A DNA stretch of 63,763 nucleotides, counting the filler, from Octopus bimaculoides (lineage: Eukaryota): assembly GCF_001194135.2 (NCBI RefSeq). It is 4 parts of 4 records of this genome, joined end to end, with 100 filler letters (N's around TTAATTAATTAA, not from the genome) between each part and the next. Parts side by side here need not be neighbours in the genome. Positions count along the whole stretch, not along the records: positions 21,459 to 52,997 come from NC_068984.1; positions 53,098 to 61,071 come from NC_068990.1; positions 61,172 to 63,763 come from NW_026315298.1; 1 more part is not named here. One strand, 5' to 3'. Below are positions 50,825 to 63,763 of the stretch, one piece after another; position 1 is the stretch's first letter; each line of letters opens with the position of its first letter. The notes beneath the pieces are model-generated. The model was not told the DNA's origin. It worked only from the letters and a program-made list of their open reading frames with translations, and searched no databases. Position numbers and translations under genes: made by a program.

Positions 50825-53342
50825 CGCGCGCGAGCATGCGCTTTTGGTAAATGTTTAGGCTGAATGCGAGTAATTGTATTTTTAGGATGGTGTTATGATT
50901 GATGCTATTGTTGAGCAGACCTTCCATTGAAGGCGTTTCAGCCATGATCATCCTGTTTATCTATTTACTTATTTATTTACTTTTGAAAATCAGTTATTAC
51001 GGTCTTCACTATTCGATGTATCCCCTTCTTTTAAGGACAATAGTGTTTGTGATTTGAGGGAAATTTGGCTGTTGTTACCAGCAGATCATGCAACTGCATC
51101 TGCTATCTGTTCAGGAGTTTTGTAGAAGGGACCGGCTACAACTGAATGATTGAACATGTAGAGGGTATGGACTGTGAGGGCTGCAGTTTGCTGTGGCCAT
51201 ATACCGTGCCCTGCACGTGTTCAAGTGATCTTTCAATTTTTATTCCACAGCGTAAGCGTTCTCTAGGTGTACTCAATAAGGTTATGAGAAAACCATATGT
51301 CATGGTTGAGGGGAGAGGTTCTGATTTCTTTCGGCTTTGTTTGGGAGATATTGGTAGTCTAAGCAGGCAGGAGGCAACATTTCCATACTCTGTGATGGAT
51401 CAATAATGTTCAAACTGCAATGTGTTCCCTATTATTGCTGTTTATGAATGTTGGCAACTTTTATTACAAATGATTTCCACAGCTTCCATAGCTTATTTTG
51501 TTACCGTTTTGGGGTGTTTTTTTTTTTTTTTTNNNNNNNNNNNNNNNNNNNNNNNNNNNNNNNNNNNNNNNNNNNNNNNNNNNNNNNNNNNNNNNNNNNN
51601 NNNNNNNNNNNNNNNNNNNNNNNNNNNNNNNNNNNNNNNNNNNNNNNNNNNNNNNNNNNNNNNNNNNNNNNNNNNNNNNNNNNNNNNNNNNNNNNNNNNN
51701 NNNNNNNNNNNNNNNNNNNNNNNNNNNNNNNNNNNNNNNNNNNNNNNNNNNNNNNNNNNNNNNNNNNNNNNNNNNNNNNNNNNNNNNNNNNNNNNNNNNN
51801 NNNNNNNNNNNNNNNNNNNNNNNNNNNNNNNNNNNNNNNNNNNNNNNNNNNNNNNNNNNNNNNNNNNNNNNNNNNNNNNNNNNNNNNNNNNNNNNNNNNN
51901 NNNNNNNNNNNNNNNNNNNNNNNNNNNNNNNNNNNNNNNNNNNNNNNNNNNNNNNNNNNNNNNNNNNNNNNNNNNNNNNNNNNNNNNNNNNNNNNNNNNN
52001 NNNNNNNNNNNNNNNNNNNNNNNNNNNNNNNNNNNNNNNNNNNNNNNNNNNNNNNNNNNNNNNNNNNNNNNNNNNNNNNNNNNNNNNNNNNNNNNNNNNN
52101 NNNNNNNNNNNNNNNNNNNNNNNNNNNNNNNNNNNNNNNNNNNNNNNNNNNNNNNNNNNNNNNNNNNNNNNNNNNNNNNNNNNNNNNNNNNNNNNNNNNN
52201 NNNNNNNNNNNNNNNNNNNNNNNNNNNNNNNNNNNNNNNNNNNNNNNNNNNNNNNNNNNNNNNNNNNNNNNNNNNNNNNNNNNNNNNNNNNNNNNNNNNN
52301 NNNNNNNNNNNNNNNNNNNNNNNNNNNNNNNNNNNNNNNNNNNNNNNNNNNNNNNNNNNNNNNNNNNNNNNNNNNNNNNNNNNNNNNNNNNNNNNCTTAG
52401 AAAGTTAAAGAAGTGATTTTAAATTCTCAAACGCAGGATAATGCTAATAATATAACCTGAACAGGATAAACTACCCCTCTTTTTTAGAAAAAAGTGTAGG
52501 CGGCCAGCAATATATATATATATATATATATATACACATCACTATAACTGTAACATTCATCCTTTCAAGGTCGATCAAATAAGTACCAATTGAGCACGGT
52601 AAGCGACTAGCGTCTCCCCTAACGGTTCAGTTCTTGTGCTTATAGTAGAAAGGATAATTATTTGTTGTTGCTATTGTAGTTAGGAAGGCGGCGAGTTAGA
52701 AGAATCGTTTCTGCACCGGACAGGATGCTTAGTGGCATTTCTTCTGGATTTGCGTTCTAAGTTGAAATGCTGCTGAGGTCGACTTTGCCTTTCATCCTTT
52801 CGGGATCGATAAAAATATGTACCAGCTGAGCACTGCGGTCGATGTAGTCGACTTGCCTCTCCCCTAAGATTGATGGTCTTGTACCAAAACTTGAAGGAAT
52901 CATTATTCGAGAAGTAAACTGGTCGAATCGATGGCGCGTCGGAAAAATACTTCCTCTTTTACTCTTTTACTTGTTTCAGTCATTTGACTACGGCCATNNN
53001 NNNNNNNNNNNNNNNNNNNNNNNNNNNNNNNNNNNNNNNNNTTAATTAATTAANNNNNNNNNNNNNNNNNNNNNNNNNNNNNNNNNNNNNNNNNNNNATA
53101 TATATATACACTCATTTTTATGTACATACACGTATAAATGAACTTACTTTCATATATGCATGCAGGGGCACTTCCCCTCGTCTGTAAATATACTTGTAAG
53201 TACTGTGTACGACGTTTTCTCTTTTATGCCATATTTATTGGTAGCTTTTAATATTCTTTGTTTAATTTTGAGGTATGTACACATGAATATTTGTGTACGT
53301 GTGTGTACGTATGTGTGAATGAGTTTGTGTGTATATGTGTTT

Positions 53343-53375
<33 letters not shown>

Positions 53376-54113
53376 AGTCCTTGTGTATGTATACAGAAGG
53401 TTATTAAATAGCACTTCATTGCTCTAAAATATTAGGTTACACTCATAAAACTAATCGTGGCAACAGATATAGTCTTATACAGTCATGATATCGGCGAGTG
53501 GGAGGAAGAGGAAGCCTTGCACGCCAGCAAAGATAATGATTCTGGTTCTCTGTACAATATGTGTTATTGTTACCTAGTCTTACATCGTTTAATGAAACAA
53601 AGGAGTATAGTGTCTTTTCTAAATTTTAGAGGAGGAGAGATGGAAGAGGGGAACGTTTACTGCGAACATCATTAAATGTTGTTATTTTTGTAGCGGCTAT
53701 TTTAGAAATTTTTATTGCTGGGTATAATTTTATATTTGTCCTTCACTTCTTACGTTGTACTTTTAAAAAATAACAGAAAGATTACTATACTTTGTATTAT
53801 TTCCTTTAATATCAGACTATCTATAAATGCTGTGCTATATTTGGCTTTCCTCCTCCGTTTCAGAATTGTATTTAAGTTTAAGTTATCATAATGTATTTGG
53901 GTTAAATTCTTAATGCGTTTTGCATTCTCTTCTATTGTTTCCCGGATATACATTCCTCACTCATAATATTTCTTTCCGTTTTCGTATAGCAGGACGTCAT
54001 TTGTATTTAGTTCTATTTCCATATGGAAAATCAAGAGCACAATCTAGAAGTTTTTTTTATAAGAAAAATATCAAGATATAAATCGCAATGAAGAGAGACT
54101 GTGAACATATATG

Positions 54114-54194
54114 TAGTAATCCCTCGACTATCGCGGGTGTAACGTTCCAAAACCTCCCACGATAGGTGAACCGCGACATGGCGAGGGAATTCTG
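54114..54194. mobile_element. Tigger/pogo-like MITE
   Basis: TAGTAATCCCTCGACTATCGCGG / CCGCGACATGGCGAGGGAATTCTG|TA. Confidence 0.6.
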
Positions 54195-54212
54195 TATATA
54201 TACACGCGCACA

Positions 54213-54282
<70 letters not shown>

Positions 54283-57200
54283 AGTAAATAGTGGGGTTAT
54301 ATATATATATTTATATAATCAGTGGTTTGCCGTTAAGTTTAAAGTTTTTAGGAGGATAGCTTTGAAGGTTGCATTCACCGCGATCGGTAAACGTGCTTAT
54401 TTTGGTAGTTTTGACTTATTAAGTACCTCTAAGCGTGAGGATTTATTTTATAATAATGCCCTTATATAGATTATATTATATATATTTATGGAAAAAATGA
54501 TGGTTTTTTTTTCCTAATGAGGTGTTTTTCACGCTGAATACTTGATAAAGTCTTAAAAAGATTTTATCCTTATATTATATTATATATATATATATATATA
54601 TGTATATAACATATGTAGATGGATAGGTGGAGGGATGGATAGTACTTGTTATTATTTCATAGAATTTGGTAAAGTTATACGAGAACGTTTAACTTCTAAA
54701 GATTGGCACTGTTGCATTTCATCCTGAATATAATTGTTATAAAATGTTTGCTAACCACTTGTATACAGAATTCTTCGATTTAAGTGGTATTTACTGTCTA
54801 ATTCTGATATATGTCAGTGGTGAAATGGAACGATAGTAAAGAAAATTGACGCAATCTGATTTCGTATATTGATCCGCACAGCATGAGAATTATTTTCAGA
54901 TGAAGAAGTCTCTTCGTCTTTCATTCCGTATTATCTTAGAATCCAAAGAAAAAAAAAAATTATTTTGACACATAGTATTTTCCACATGCAAGAATCATAG
55001 GTTGGTGTTAAGCTGTTGGCATTCTGAATTTGTAAGATAGTTTTACTTCTGCGTGAGGTCATTTCACTTCTAGCTGAGATTTATAACCATTTTAAAGTTG
55101 CAGATGGATAATGTCTTCGAACATATGAAGCTGAAAGGGTTCAATAATGCACCCCACTCTCTATAATTATGTTCTACTATTGCACAAAATCGCTTGGAGA
55201 CAAACAGAATCCGCAGAATCTGATGATGTTCTGCCTTGACAAAAGTGTATGTTGTTAAAATGTTTAAAATTTTTTAGTTCCGATACGATTGAGAAAATAT
55301 GTTTAACGTTTCTGATCGCGCACTTCATTAAATAGAGATGGAAACTTTTCTTTGTCCATGGATGGCTGTACGATGTCTTACATAATGTTTTAAATTTACG
55401 TAGTATATAAAATACAAACGGTAAATATCATAATGTTTTTGGAACCATGAAGTAAAGATGGAGACTAAGGCACAGAAACTTTTCAGGATGATAACAGCTT
55501 CAGCAGTAAGGACACAATGTGCACAGCGCAAACCATGATGGCAACTGGTAAACAAAGCGATTCAACATTAGCAACATAACCATAATGTTACTCCCTGTTG
55601 CCTAACGTTACTTGCTATTAAACATTGAAAGAAATATTGTGGGAGGGTTCTCTGTTGCACATTGCAGGATATGAACTGATATTAGCTTAGATAAGAATGG
55701 AAAAGTATCAGATATAGTATTTTCTTCCAGTTTTGTAGTGAAGTCCATTTGAATGACGCAGTAATATTTATAATCAAGAGGTGTATTGCACATTTCCTAG
55801 ATTGCAACATAATCTGGTAAAGTATAAATATAAGAGCCAAATTGTCAAATTCAAGATATGTGTTACAGCAGAATACACGATCGTCCTCATCTTTATCATA
55901 ATAATCCTCATCATCATCATATCATCATCTTCTTCATCAACATCATCATCATCATCATCGTCATCATCATCATCATCATCATAATCGTCGTCGTCGTCAT
56001 CATCATCATCGTCGTCATCATCATCATCATCATCACTACCACCACCACCATGATCACCACTGCCACCACCACCACCACCACCGCCGCCATCCTCCTCCTC
56101 CTCCTCCTNNNNNNNNNNACATAATCTGGTAAAGTATAAATATAAGAGCCAAATTGTCAAATTCAAGATATGTGTTACAGCAGAATACACGATCGTCCTC
56201 ATCTTTATCATAATAATCCTCATCATCATCATATCATCATCTTCTTCATCAACATCATCATCATCATCATCGTCATCATCATCATCATCACTACCACCAC
56301 CACCACCACTACCACCACCATGATCACCACCGCCACCACCACCACCACCACCGCCGCCATCATCATCCTCATCATCATCATCATCATCATCATCGTCGTC
56401 GTCATCTTCATCATCATCAACATCGTCGTCATCATCTTCCTCCGCCTTCACTTCAGCACCATTAACACCGTCTTTATCGTAGATTTTTCGATACTGCACC
56501 GAATAACCCCAGTATGGATGTATTCAAGGAGCCGGCAACAACCCATCTATTCCGCTGTCAGATAAAATTTGTTCAGTATTAGTCATTAGTATAACTATTA
56601 GGAACCAGGCTGTTCCACACACAACATTTTACTCTTTAATATCTATTCTAAGGAAACAACAAACGGGACAAAAAACAGAAGATGGACACATTTTTATGGC
56701 ACTTTACATTGATATGACCCCACACATTTATTACCGAAAGCACTGCAATAATTTTGATAATTTAAGAGACGCAGAAATCTTAATGTGCGGGTAATCTTAT
56801 AAAACGTAGTGTTTTAGAATCACTGCAAGAAATGTCCTCAGTGTCTTCTTTTACCAGTGAGGCCACGTTTATGTGTTTACAAAAGAAACACAACCGCATA
56901 TGTGTACGGTGCATCTGAATTTCATTCCACGGAGTGAAGCCAGATGTGTTAATTTCGAGCAGTGAACTCTTCCACAACGTGCTCATACATACACACACAC
57001 CCACACACACACACGCACACACATACACATACACAAACTCACAAACACACATATATACATGTATATATACATACATGCGTACATATATATATGTGTTTGT
57101 GTATAAACATATACATTTATATATGCATGTATGTATATATATAACTANNNNNNNNNNCCACACACGCACATACACACATACACATACACAAACCCACAAT

Positions 57201-57477
57201 CACAAACACACATATATACACATATATATATACATGCGTACATATATATATATGTGTGTATGTATATATATAACTATGCATATACGTATACACACACATC
57301 CACACACACACACACACACACATACACACACAAACCCACAAATACAAACACACATATATACACATATATACATACATGCGTACATAGATATATGTGTGTG
57401 TGTGTGTAAACATATACGTCCATATATGTGTGTATGTATGTACATAAGTGTGTATATCTGTACACACACAGAGACAC

Positions 57478-57508
<31 letters not shown>

Positions 57509-58842
57509 CACGTGTGAATAGTATGATATGGTATAAAAATAAAATTGATATCACCCTGAAAGATGTCATTTATCATTTTCTCTATTACATAACAATCCAG
57601 TTTGAGGAAATACATGTTAAAAGCCGAGGCATTATTCGGTAAGTGATATCTGCGAATAATGAGAGCAACCATTGTTGTATACATATATACTTTTCTACTC
57701 TAAGCACAAGACTCGACATTTCTGGGGATCGGGCCAGTCGATTAGATCGGCCCCAGTGTGTAACTGGTACTTAATTTATAGATCCCGAAAGGATCAAAGG
57801 TAAATTCGACCTCGGCGGAATTTAAACTCAGAACGTAAAAACAGACGCAATATCGCTAAGCATTTCGCCCGGCGTGCTTAACGTTTCTGCCTGCTCGCCA
57901 TCTTTTTTGTATACATATATGATCTTGAGAAATAATAAATAGAAGGGAAGTCTCCGAAATGGTTAGTAACTGTCTTTGTATGTAACTGATTATGTAAAAG
58001 GAGCCATCAAACGATCTCCGACATGGCTGGTGGTCTTACTAGAAATAACAGTGAGCTCCTTCTAACAAGTACACATGACTGTCTCCATAAAGAGTTAAAA
58101 TTACTTTTTGTGTAAGGTCGTTTGTATATAATGATTTTATCTTTCATCTTTTGCTTGTTTCAATCGTTGGCCTTCGGCTATTCTGGGGCTCGTTCTGCGG
58201 CATATTCGAACGTGAATATGCGATTCGCTATTGTGTGTTATCAAAGGGAGTGTGTTCATTCCACACTCAATTCATTAGTAGAAAGGGTCCTGAGAGAATC
58301 GGTGTTTCGTCATCTTTACGTTTCGTTAGTGAGAAGCATCCCCCCGCCCCTGTAACCACCGAATCTAAAAAGGCCCGAATGTCTTGCCTATAATTCCAGC
58401 GAAGCGAATGTTCGCTGAATAATTTCAGCGAATCGAGTGCTCGCGAATCCATTAGTTTCAAAGTTTTGCACAAGGCGAGCATTTGTGGGGGACGGTGCAA
58501 GTCGATTACATCAGCCCCAGTGCTCAACTACAGCAAAGTCAACCCGTCGGCATTTGAACTCAGAACGTTAAGTTGATAGAAGTACCGTGCACTCTATCGA
58601 CCCCAGTGTGTAACTGGTACTTATTTTATGAACCCCTAAATCATGAAAGGCAAAGTCAACTGCGGCGGAATTTGAGCTCAGAACATAAAGTCGGAAGAAA
58701 TGACGCTTAGCATTTTTTCCGGTCGGTGCAGTAACAATTCTGCCGGCTCGTCACCTTAGACCCATGGTGGTATTTCCAACCGAAAACAAATCGGCATATC
58801 CACGGTGAACAGCGACATTTGAAACAATGACCTGCATATATA

Positions 58843-58873
<31 letters not shown>

Positions 58874-58904
58874 GTATATATATATTCGTGTGAAAAAAGT
58901 TTCC

Positions 58905-59375
58905 TCCGGGGTCCAATCCCACTGTTTGGCACCTTAGGCAAAGTGTCTTCTACTATGGCGTCAGGCCAACCAAAGACTTGTGAGTGGATTTGGTAGAGGG
59001 AAACTGAAAGAAGCCTGCCGTNNNNNNNNNNNNNNNNNNNNNNNNNNNNNNNNNNNNNNNNNNNNNNNNNNNNNNNNNNNNNNNNNNNNNNNNNNNNNNN
59101 NNNNNNNNNNTACACATATGTGCACGCGCGTGTTTGTGTGCGTGTGTGTGTGTCTGTGTGTATCTTTTTTGTTTGTGTTTGTCTTCCACTATCGCTTGAC
59201 AACCGCATTGGTATCTTTACGTCCCCGTAACATTTCGGTTCGGTAAAAGAGACCGATAGAATAAGTACCAGGTTTAAAAAAAAAATTAATCAAGTGCCGA
59301 GGTCGATTCATTTGACTAAAATTCTTCAAGGCGATGCCCCATCATGGCCGTAGTCAAATGACTGAAACAAAATAT
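58905..59375 (+). mobile_element. SINE family A copy spanning a gap
   Basis: Matches the family A consensus. Confidence 0.75.
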
Positions 59376-59762
59376 AAATTGAAAGAGATTCAGATAGATT
59401 TGAACGTGAAAACTCTAATCTACTTTACGACGGATATATTTTCTTAAGACACACGGACCCTATTAAGAATAAATATAAAACTGGTCGTTTTGACTCCTGC
59501 TATTTACCGTGAATATGGTGATTTATTATTATCTTCGTGTGCACCATTCGTGAAAGAATTGACGGGATAGTCATATCTGGAATCGATCATGTCCTACTTG
59601 TGATTATGAAGTAACAACAACAACAACGGCAACAATAACAAAGAATTCAGTAACAGGTTAATATATAGATGGATAAAACGTTTTCATTTAAAATGCCTCG
59701 AAGTGACGATGGTCATCAACATTGTCTACGTGGTCAATTAGATGAAAAGGACAAATATGTAT

Positions 59763-59809
<47 letters not shown>

Positions 59810-59819
59810 NNNNNNNNNN

Positions 59820-59898
<79 letters not shown>

Positions 59899-60679
59899 TA
59901 GGTAGAAAAAGAAGGAAAAAAGAGGGGTAAAGGAGGGAGTTTGAAAGAAGAGATAGCGGAAAAAAGTGAGAGGCAATAACGTAATCGAAAATTAACCAGC
60001 CATCCAGAAAATTACAAATAACCTAGATATAACTTCGAATCATGTTAGACGATTTTGAGTGAAAAATATATAAAAGAAATAAGTATTGTGTTTGTTAAGT
60101 GTCTGGAAAATTTGTCAAATTTGTTGCAAGCTTGTTGATCAAAAACATTATGTTGTATAGAAGTGTATAACGGTTTGAAAACAACCTAATTTCATAAATG
60201 TCGCGTTTAGTAATCAGTCTAACTGGTTGGCAGAGTCTGTAGAATGACGGAAAATGTGCTTTGCGCTATTTAGCGTTCTTTCCGTTCACAATTCAAACAT
60301 CGTTGAAGTCATTTTATGAAAATTCTTCTGAGATAAATACCAGTCTGGTACTGCAAGTCAATGTTTCGCAACAAGTTCCATGTGAAATTTGGGGGTCCAT
60401 ATAAGATTATTTTGTTAAAATTCATGAGCAAAAGATTGCTGATGCTTCTAGGACATGCAAACTAATTTAACAATTTGTTGGAATACAATTCCAAATAAAA
60501 CCTAATTCAAAGAACATAATGGGATTTTCTAAACATCGAATGGCTTGGAGGGTCCATTTGAGTAAAATAACAACCACAGCGGTCCCTAAGTAAAAAATGG
60601 TTGAAAGCTACTGCCGTAGATAATGAAATCAATTCCAACCTTACACAATTTGAGTATTTATGTTATAAATCATATGACA

Positions 60680-61030
60680 TCTATATATATATAAATGAGA
60701 ATGTGTGTGTGTCTGTCTGTCTGCCTGTCTGTCTGTCTGTCTATCTGTCTGTCTGTCTGTCTGTCTGTGTGTGTGAATCCCTAAAACTCGAGAACTACGC
60801 AACCAATTTCATTCAAATTTTACACATGCCTTACTTAGGGTTCCAGTTGTGTTTTAGTCAAAAAATTTTAAACTTCTTGCAGAGTTCGAGCCCACGGCAA
60901 CATAATATCTCCTCCACTATTTAAGTATTACGTGTCAAAAGTGAAACAAAAACACTCATGTCAAATACTTTCACTTTAAAAATGAAACTATTCTACTAAC
61001 TGAAACAATCACATTTCGATACTGTAATGA
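60680..61030 (+). mobile_element. Non-autonomous Helitron 5' portion (Lep1-like architecture)
   Basis: A^TC start with TCTATATATATATAAA, (GTCT)n, then CTAAAACTCGAGAACTACGCAACCAATTTC; the 3' CTRR end is not seen (gap). Confidence 0.6.
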
Positions 61031-61319
61031 CAGATACTTTCAGAGAGAGAGAGAGAAAGAGAGAAAGAGAGNNNNNNNNNNNNNNNNNNNNNNNNNNNNN
61101 NNNNNNNNNNNNNNNTTAATTAATTAANNNNNNNNNNNNNNNNNNNNNNNNNNNNNNNNNNNNNNNNNNNNGTTGGAGAAGCAACTCAATTGCTAATCCC
61201 TGTATATTTATAATGATAAATAGTCTTACCGATAAAGGTTTTTTTCATACTGAACTACTTGGCAGAATTGTTAATTGTTAATTCTATTATTAATTGACGA
61301 TTCTCTGCCCTTATTCTTG

Positions 61320-61355
<36 letters not shown>

Positions 61356-61571
61356 CCATTTCTAGACCATCTGACAAAGGTAGAAGATTTTGTCCTTTAT
61401 GTAATACTGGCAATTATGTAATACATGGCAATTATACCTTTATATGTAAAAAGATATCATAGACTGATTTCGCTTGATATATGTTATCTAAACACTCTTA
61501 ATTTGTAAACCTAAATTAGAACACCAATTACATCTATAAATAAACACTAGAACATTATTTTCAGTTTAATT

Positions 61572-61942
61572 TGTAGTGACACCCATAGCAGACGACTGTT
61601 ATATGTTCCATGTCCGGAGTTTTATCCACGCATGCGCAGGGACTAGTTCCGGAAGGAATACAGGAAGAGTCTCATGCGCATGCGTAGAGTTCGACATCGG
61701 CGCCTTTTCTCACCCTCTTCGTTCGCTGGTCTCCGTTGAGCCTAGATGTCCCACCGAGCTCTCTCCAACATTCCAGCACCAGAGCTACACAAATAACCAC
61801 GAACTTCATTGACGGCGTCTCAGTAACCAAAGGCGACGAGCTACCGAATTCCACTGTAAATAAATATTGTTGCGTTGTGTCTTCAAGAAATTTAATGTAC
61901 GGAAGCGGAGTACACCTAATGGTGTATAACCACTTTCCTACA
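61572..61942 (+). mobile_element. Solo LTR (Ty3/Gypsy-like), 371 bp, 4-bp TSD AATT
   Basis: TGTAG...CTACA termini, AATT at 61568-61571 and 61943-61946, AATAAA near 61860, CpG-rich. Confidence 0.75.
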
Positions 61943-63763
61943 AATTCATCATAAACTTTACCTCCTACAATGTCTAATATGCTGTGCCCAATTAACCTTA
62001 TTCACTTGATTTCATACTTCATTGTACTTCCATATCATTCATTTNNNNNNNNNNNNNNNNNNNNNNNNNNNNNNNNNNNNNNNNNNNNNNNNNNNNNNNN
62101 NNNNNNNNNNNNNNNNNNNNNNNNNNNNNNNNNNNNNNNNNNNNNNNNNNNNNNNNNNNNNNNNNNNNNNNNNNNNNNNNNNNNNNNNNNNNNNNNNNNN
62201 NNNNNNNNNNNNNNNNNNNNNNNNNNNNNNNNNNNNNNNNNNNNNNNNNNNNNNNNNNNNNNNNNNNNNNNNNNNNNNNNNNNNNNNNNNNNNNNNNNNN
62301 NNNNNNNNNNNNNNNNNNNNNNNNNNNNNNNNNNNNNNNNNNNNNNNNNNNNNNNNNNNNNNNNNNNNNNNNNNNNNNNNNNNNNNNNNNNNNNNNNNNN
62401 NNNNNNNNNNNNNNNNNNNNNNNNNNNNNNNNNNNNNNNNNNNNNNNNNNNNNNNNNNNNNNTTTTTTACATCTAACTTAATAACATAATCCATTTCTGT
62501 AGATTAATAGACCACCCATTAACTTTATTATTAATTAATTATCAATCATTTAATATCTTACTAATATAAGAATCACTTTCCTATACATATTCCACTGCTT
62601 TAATATCAACTACCATGTGTATATACGTACTAAGGTGTGTATACTAATGCGTGTATGTATCCATGTGCATACATACACACACACATATATGTGTGTGTGT
62701 GCGTATACGTGTATGTATGCACATATGTGCGTGTGTGCACATTCATGTATATGTATGAAATTATATATGTGTAGGTGTTTGTATATATTTGTTTTTAAAA
62801 AATATATATATGTACATGTATGTGTATATGGTTGGATGTATGTGTTTAGATGTGTATATATATATGTATACGAGTGTATGTGCGTATACATGTGTATATA
62901 TGCTTGTACACATTTATGCCAACACTATTTGTAGAAATACAAGATTAACTCCCCTTATTTACATAACATTCCTCTCCAATTTTTATCGGATTTAAATCAT
63001 CTTATTATCTCCCAACTTTACACTGAATTTTCTTTCCTTCTTTTCTTCCCTTCTTGTCCAACGTACTGTCTGGTAGCGTCCCAACCTCCAACAGCTTCTT
63101 CAAATAAATTACATAACAACCTTCTCCAACTACAGTTCTCATATTCAGTTAAAATGTCTTACGTTTAAGCTGGTTCCCATGCATTTCCCTGAAGAGAAGA
63201 TTATATTCTTATCAACATCACCTACTCCTATGGAAGGTATAATTTGTAAACTTCGAAACATATGTTGGAAATAAAAGTATTCAGTTAAAATATGCGTTTT
63301 ACTCCTTTTACTAAATATATATATATATAATCAAGGTGGTTAGCAGCAATTTAAAACTAACATGAAAATAATTCACCAAAACTAAGAGTGCAATGACCAC
63401 CAGCATTGCTAGAAATAAGAGTCATAGACTCCTTGGCCACAAAAGTCTCTTTGTATTGACAGGGGAGAAAACCCTCCTCATTATGAGCAAGATGCATTAG
63501 ATGAGCTTGCTAATTTCGTATAGGAAATTAATACTAATCAGTAATGCTCACACCATCACAGCTGGTAGAGGCCAACTCACCCTGTAATTATTATGGATAA
63601 TGCCATTGGAATCAGTGACTGATTTCACAAAATTGCTAGGTGAAAATTATAAAATAATCAAGGAGTCTAGCAGCAATTTAAAATCAATGAGGAAATAATT
63701 CACTGTCCCTGTATATAAACTAATGCAGAGTATGAACAAGCCCCACTAAAAAAAGAAAAAAAA

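Noticed and set aside
51146-51430. 86-aa + ORF; possible CR1/L2 3' relic on the minus strand
   Set aside because: Similarity too faint to call
55774-56499. 241-aa acidic Asp/Gly-rich ORF on the minus strand
   Set aside because: (GAT)n/(GGT)n microsatellite read across a duplicated gap; stop codon shortly upstream and no splice support

Overview
AT-rich, microsatellite- and SINE-dense animal DNA from a gapped draft assembly. The SINE repertoire, RTE and R4/Dong LINEs and (TA)/(CA)/(TAGA)/(TAA) tracts point to an octopus (Octopus sp.); this is my recognition, not a database result. No complete host protein-coding gene is recognisable, and almost all long ORFs in the track come from microsatellites or N-gaps. 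The window holds: a full-length 5S rRNA retrocopy with A-tail and 12-bp TSD; fossils of RTE, R4/Dong, Penelope, mariner and Chapaev3-type elements; several MITEs with verifiable TIRs/TSDs; a Helitron 5' end; a solo LTR with 4-bp TSD carrying NRF1/ETS motifs; two long inverted repeats (7776-8982, 23560-24672); degenerate hammerhead-like motifs; and a tentative, phase-consistent three-exon 3' gene end on + (12101-17261) including a 23-nt microexon. CpG content changes visibly near 21 kb and again near 62 kb, both close to artificial scaffold spacers.
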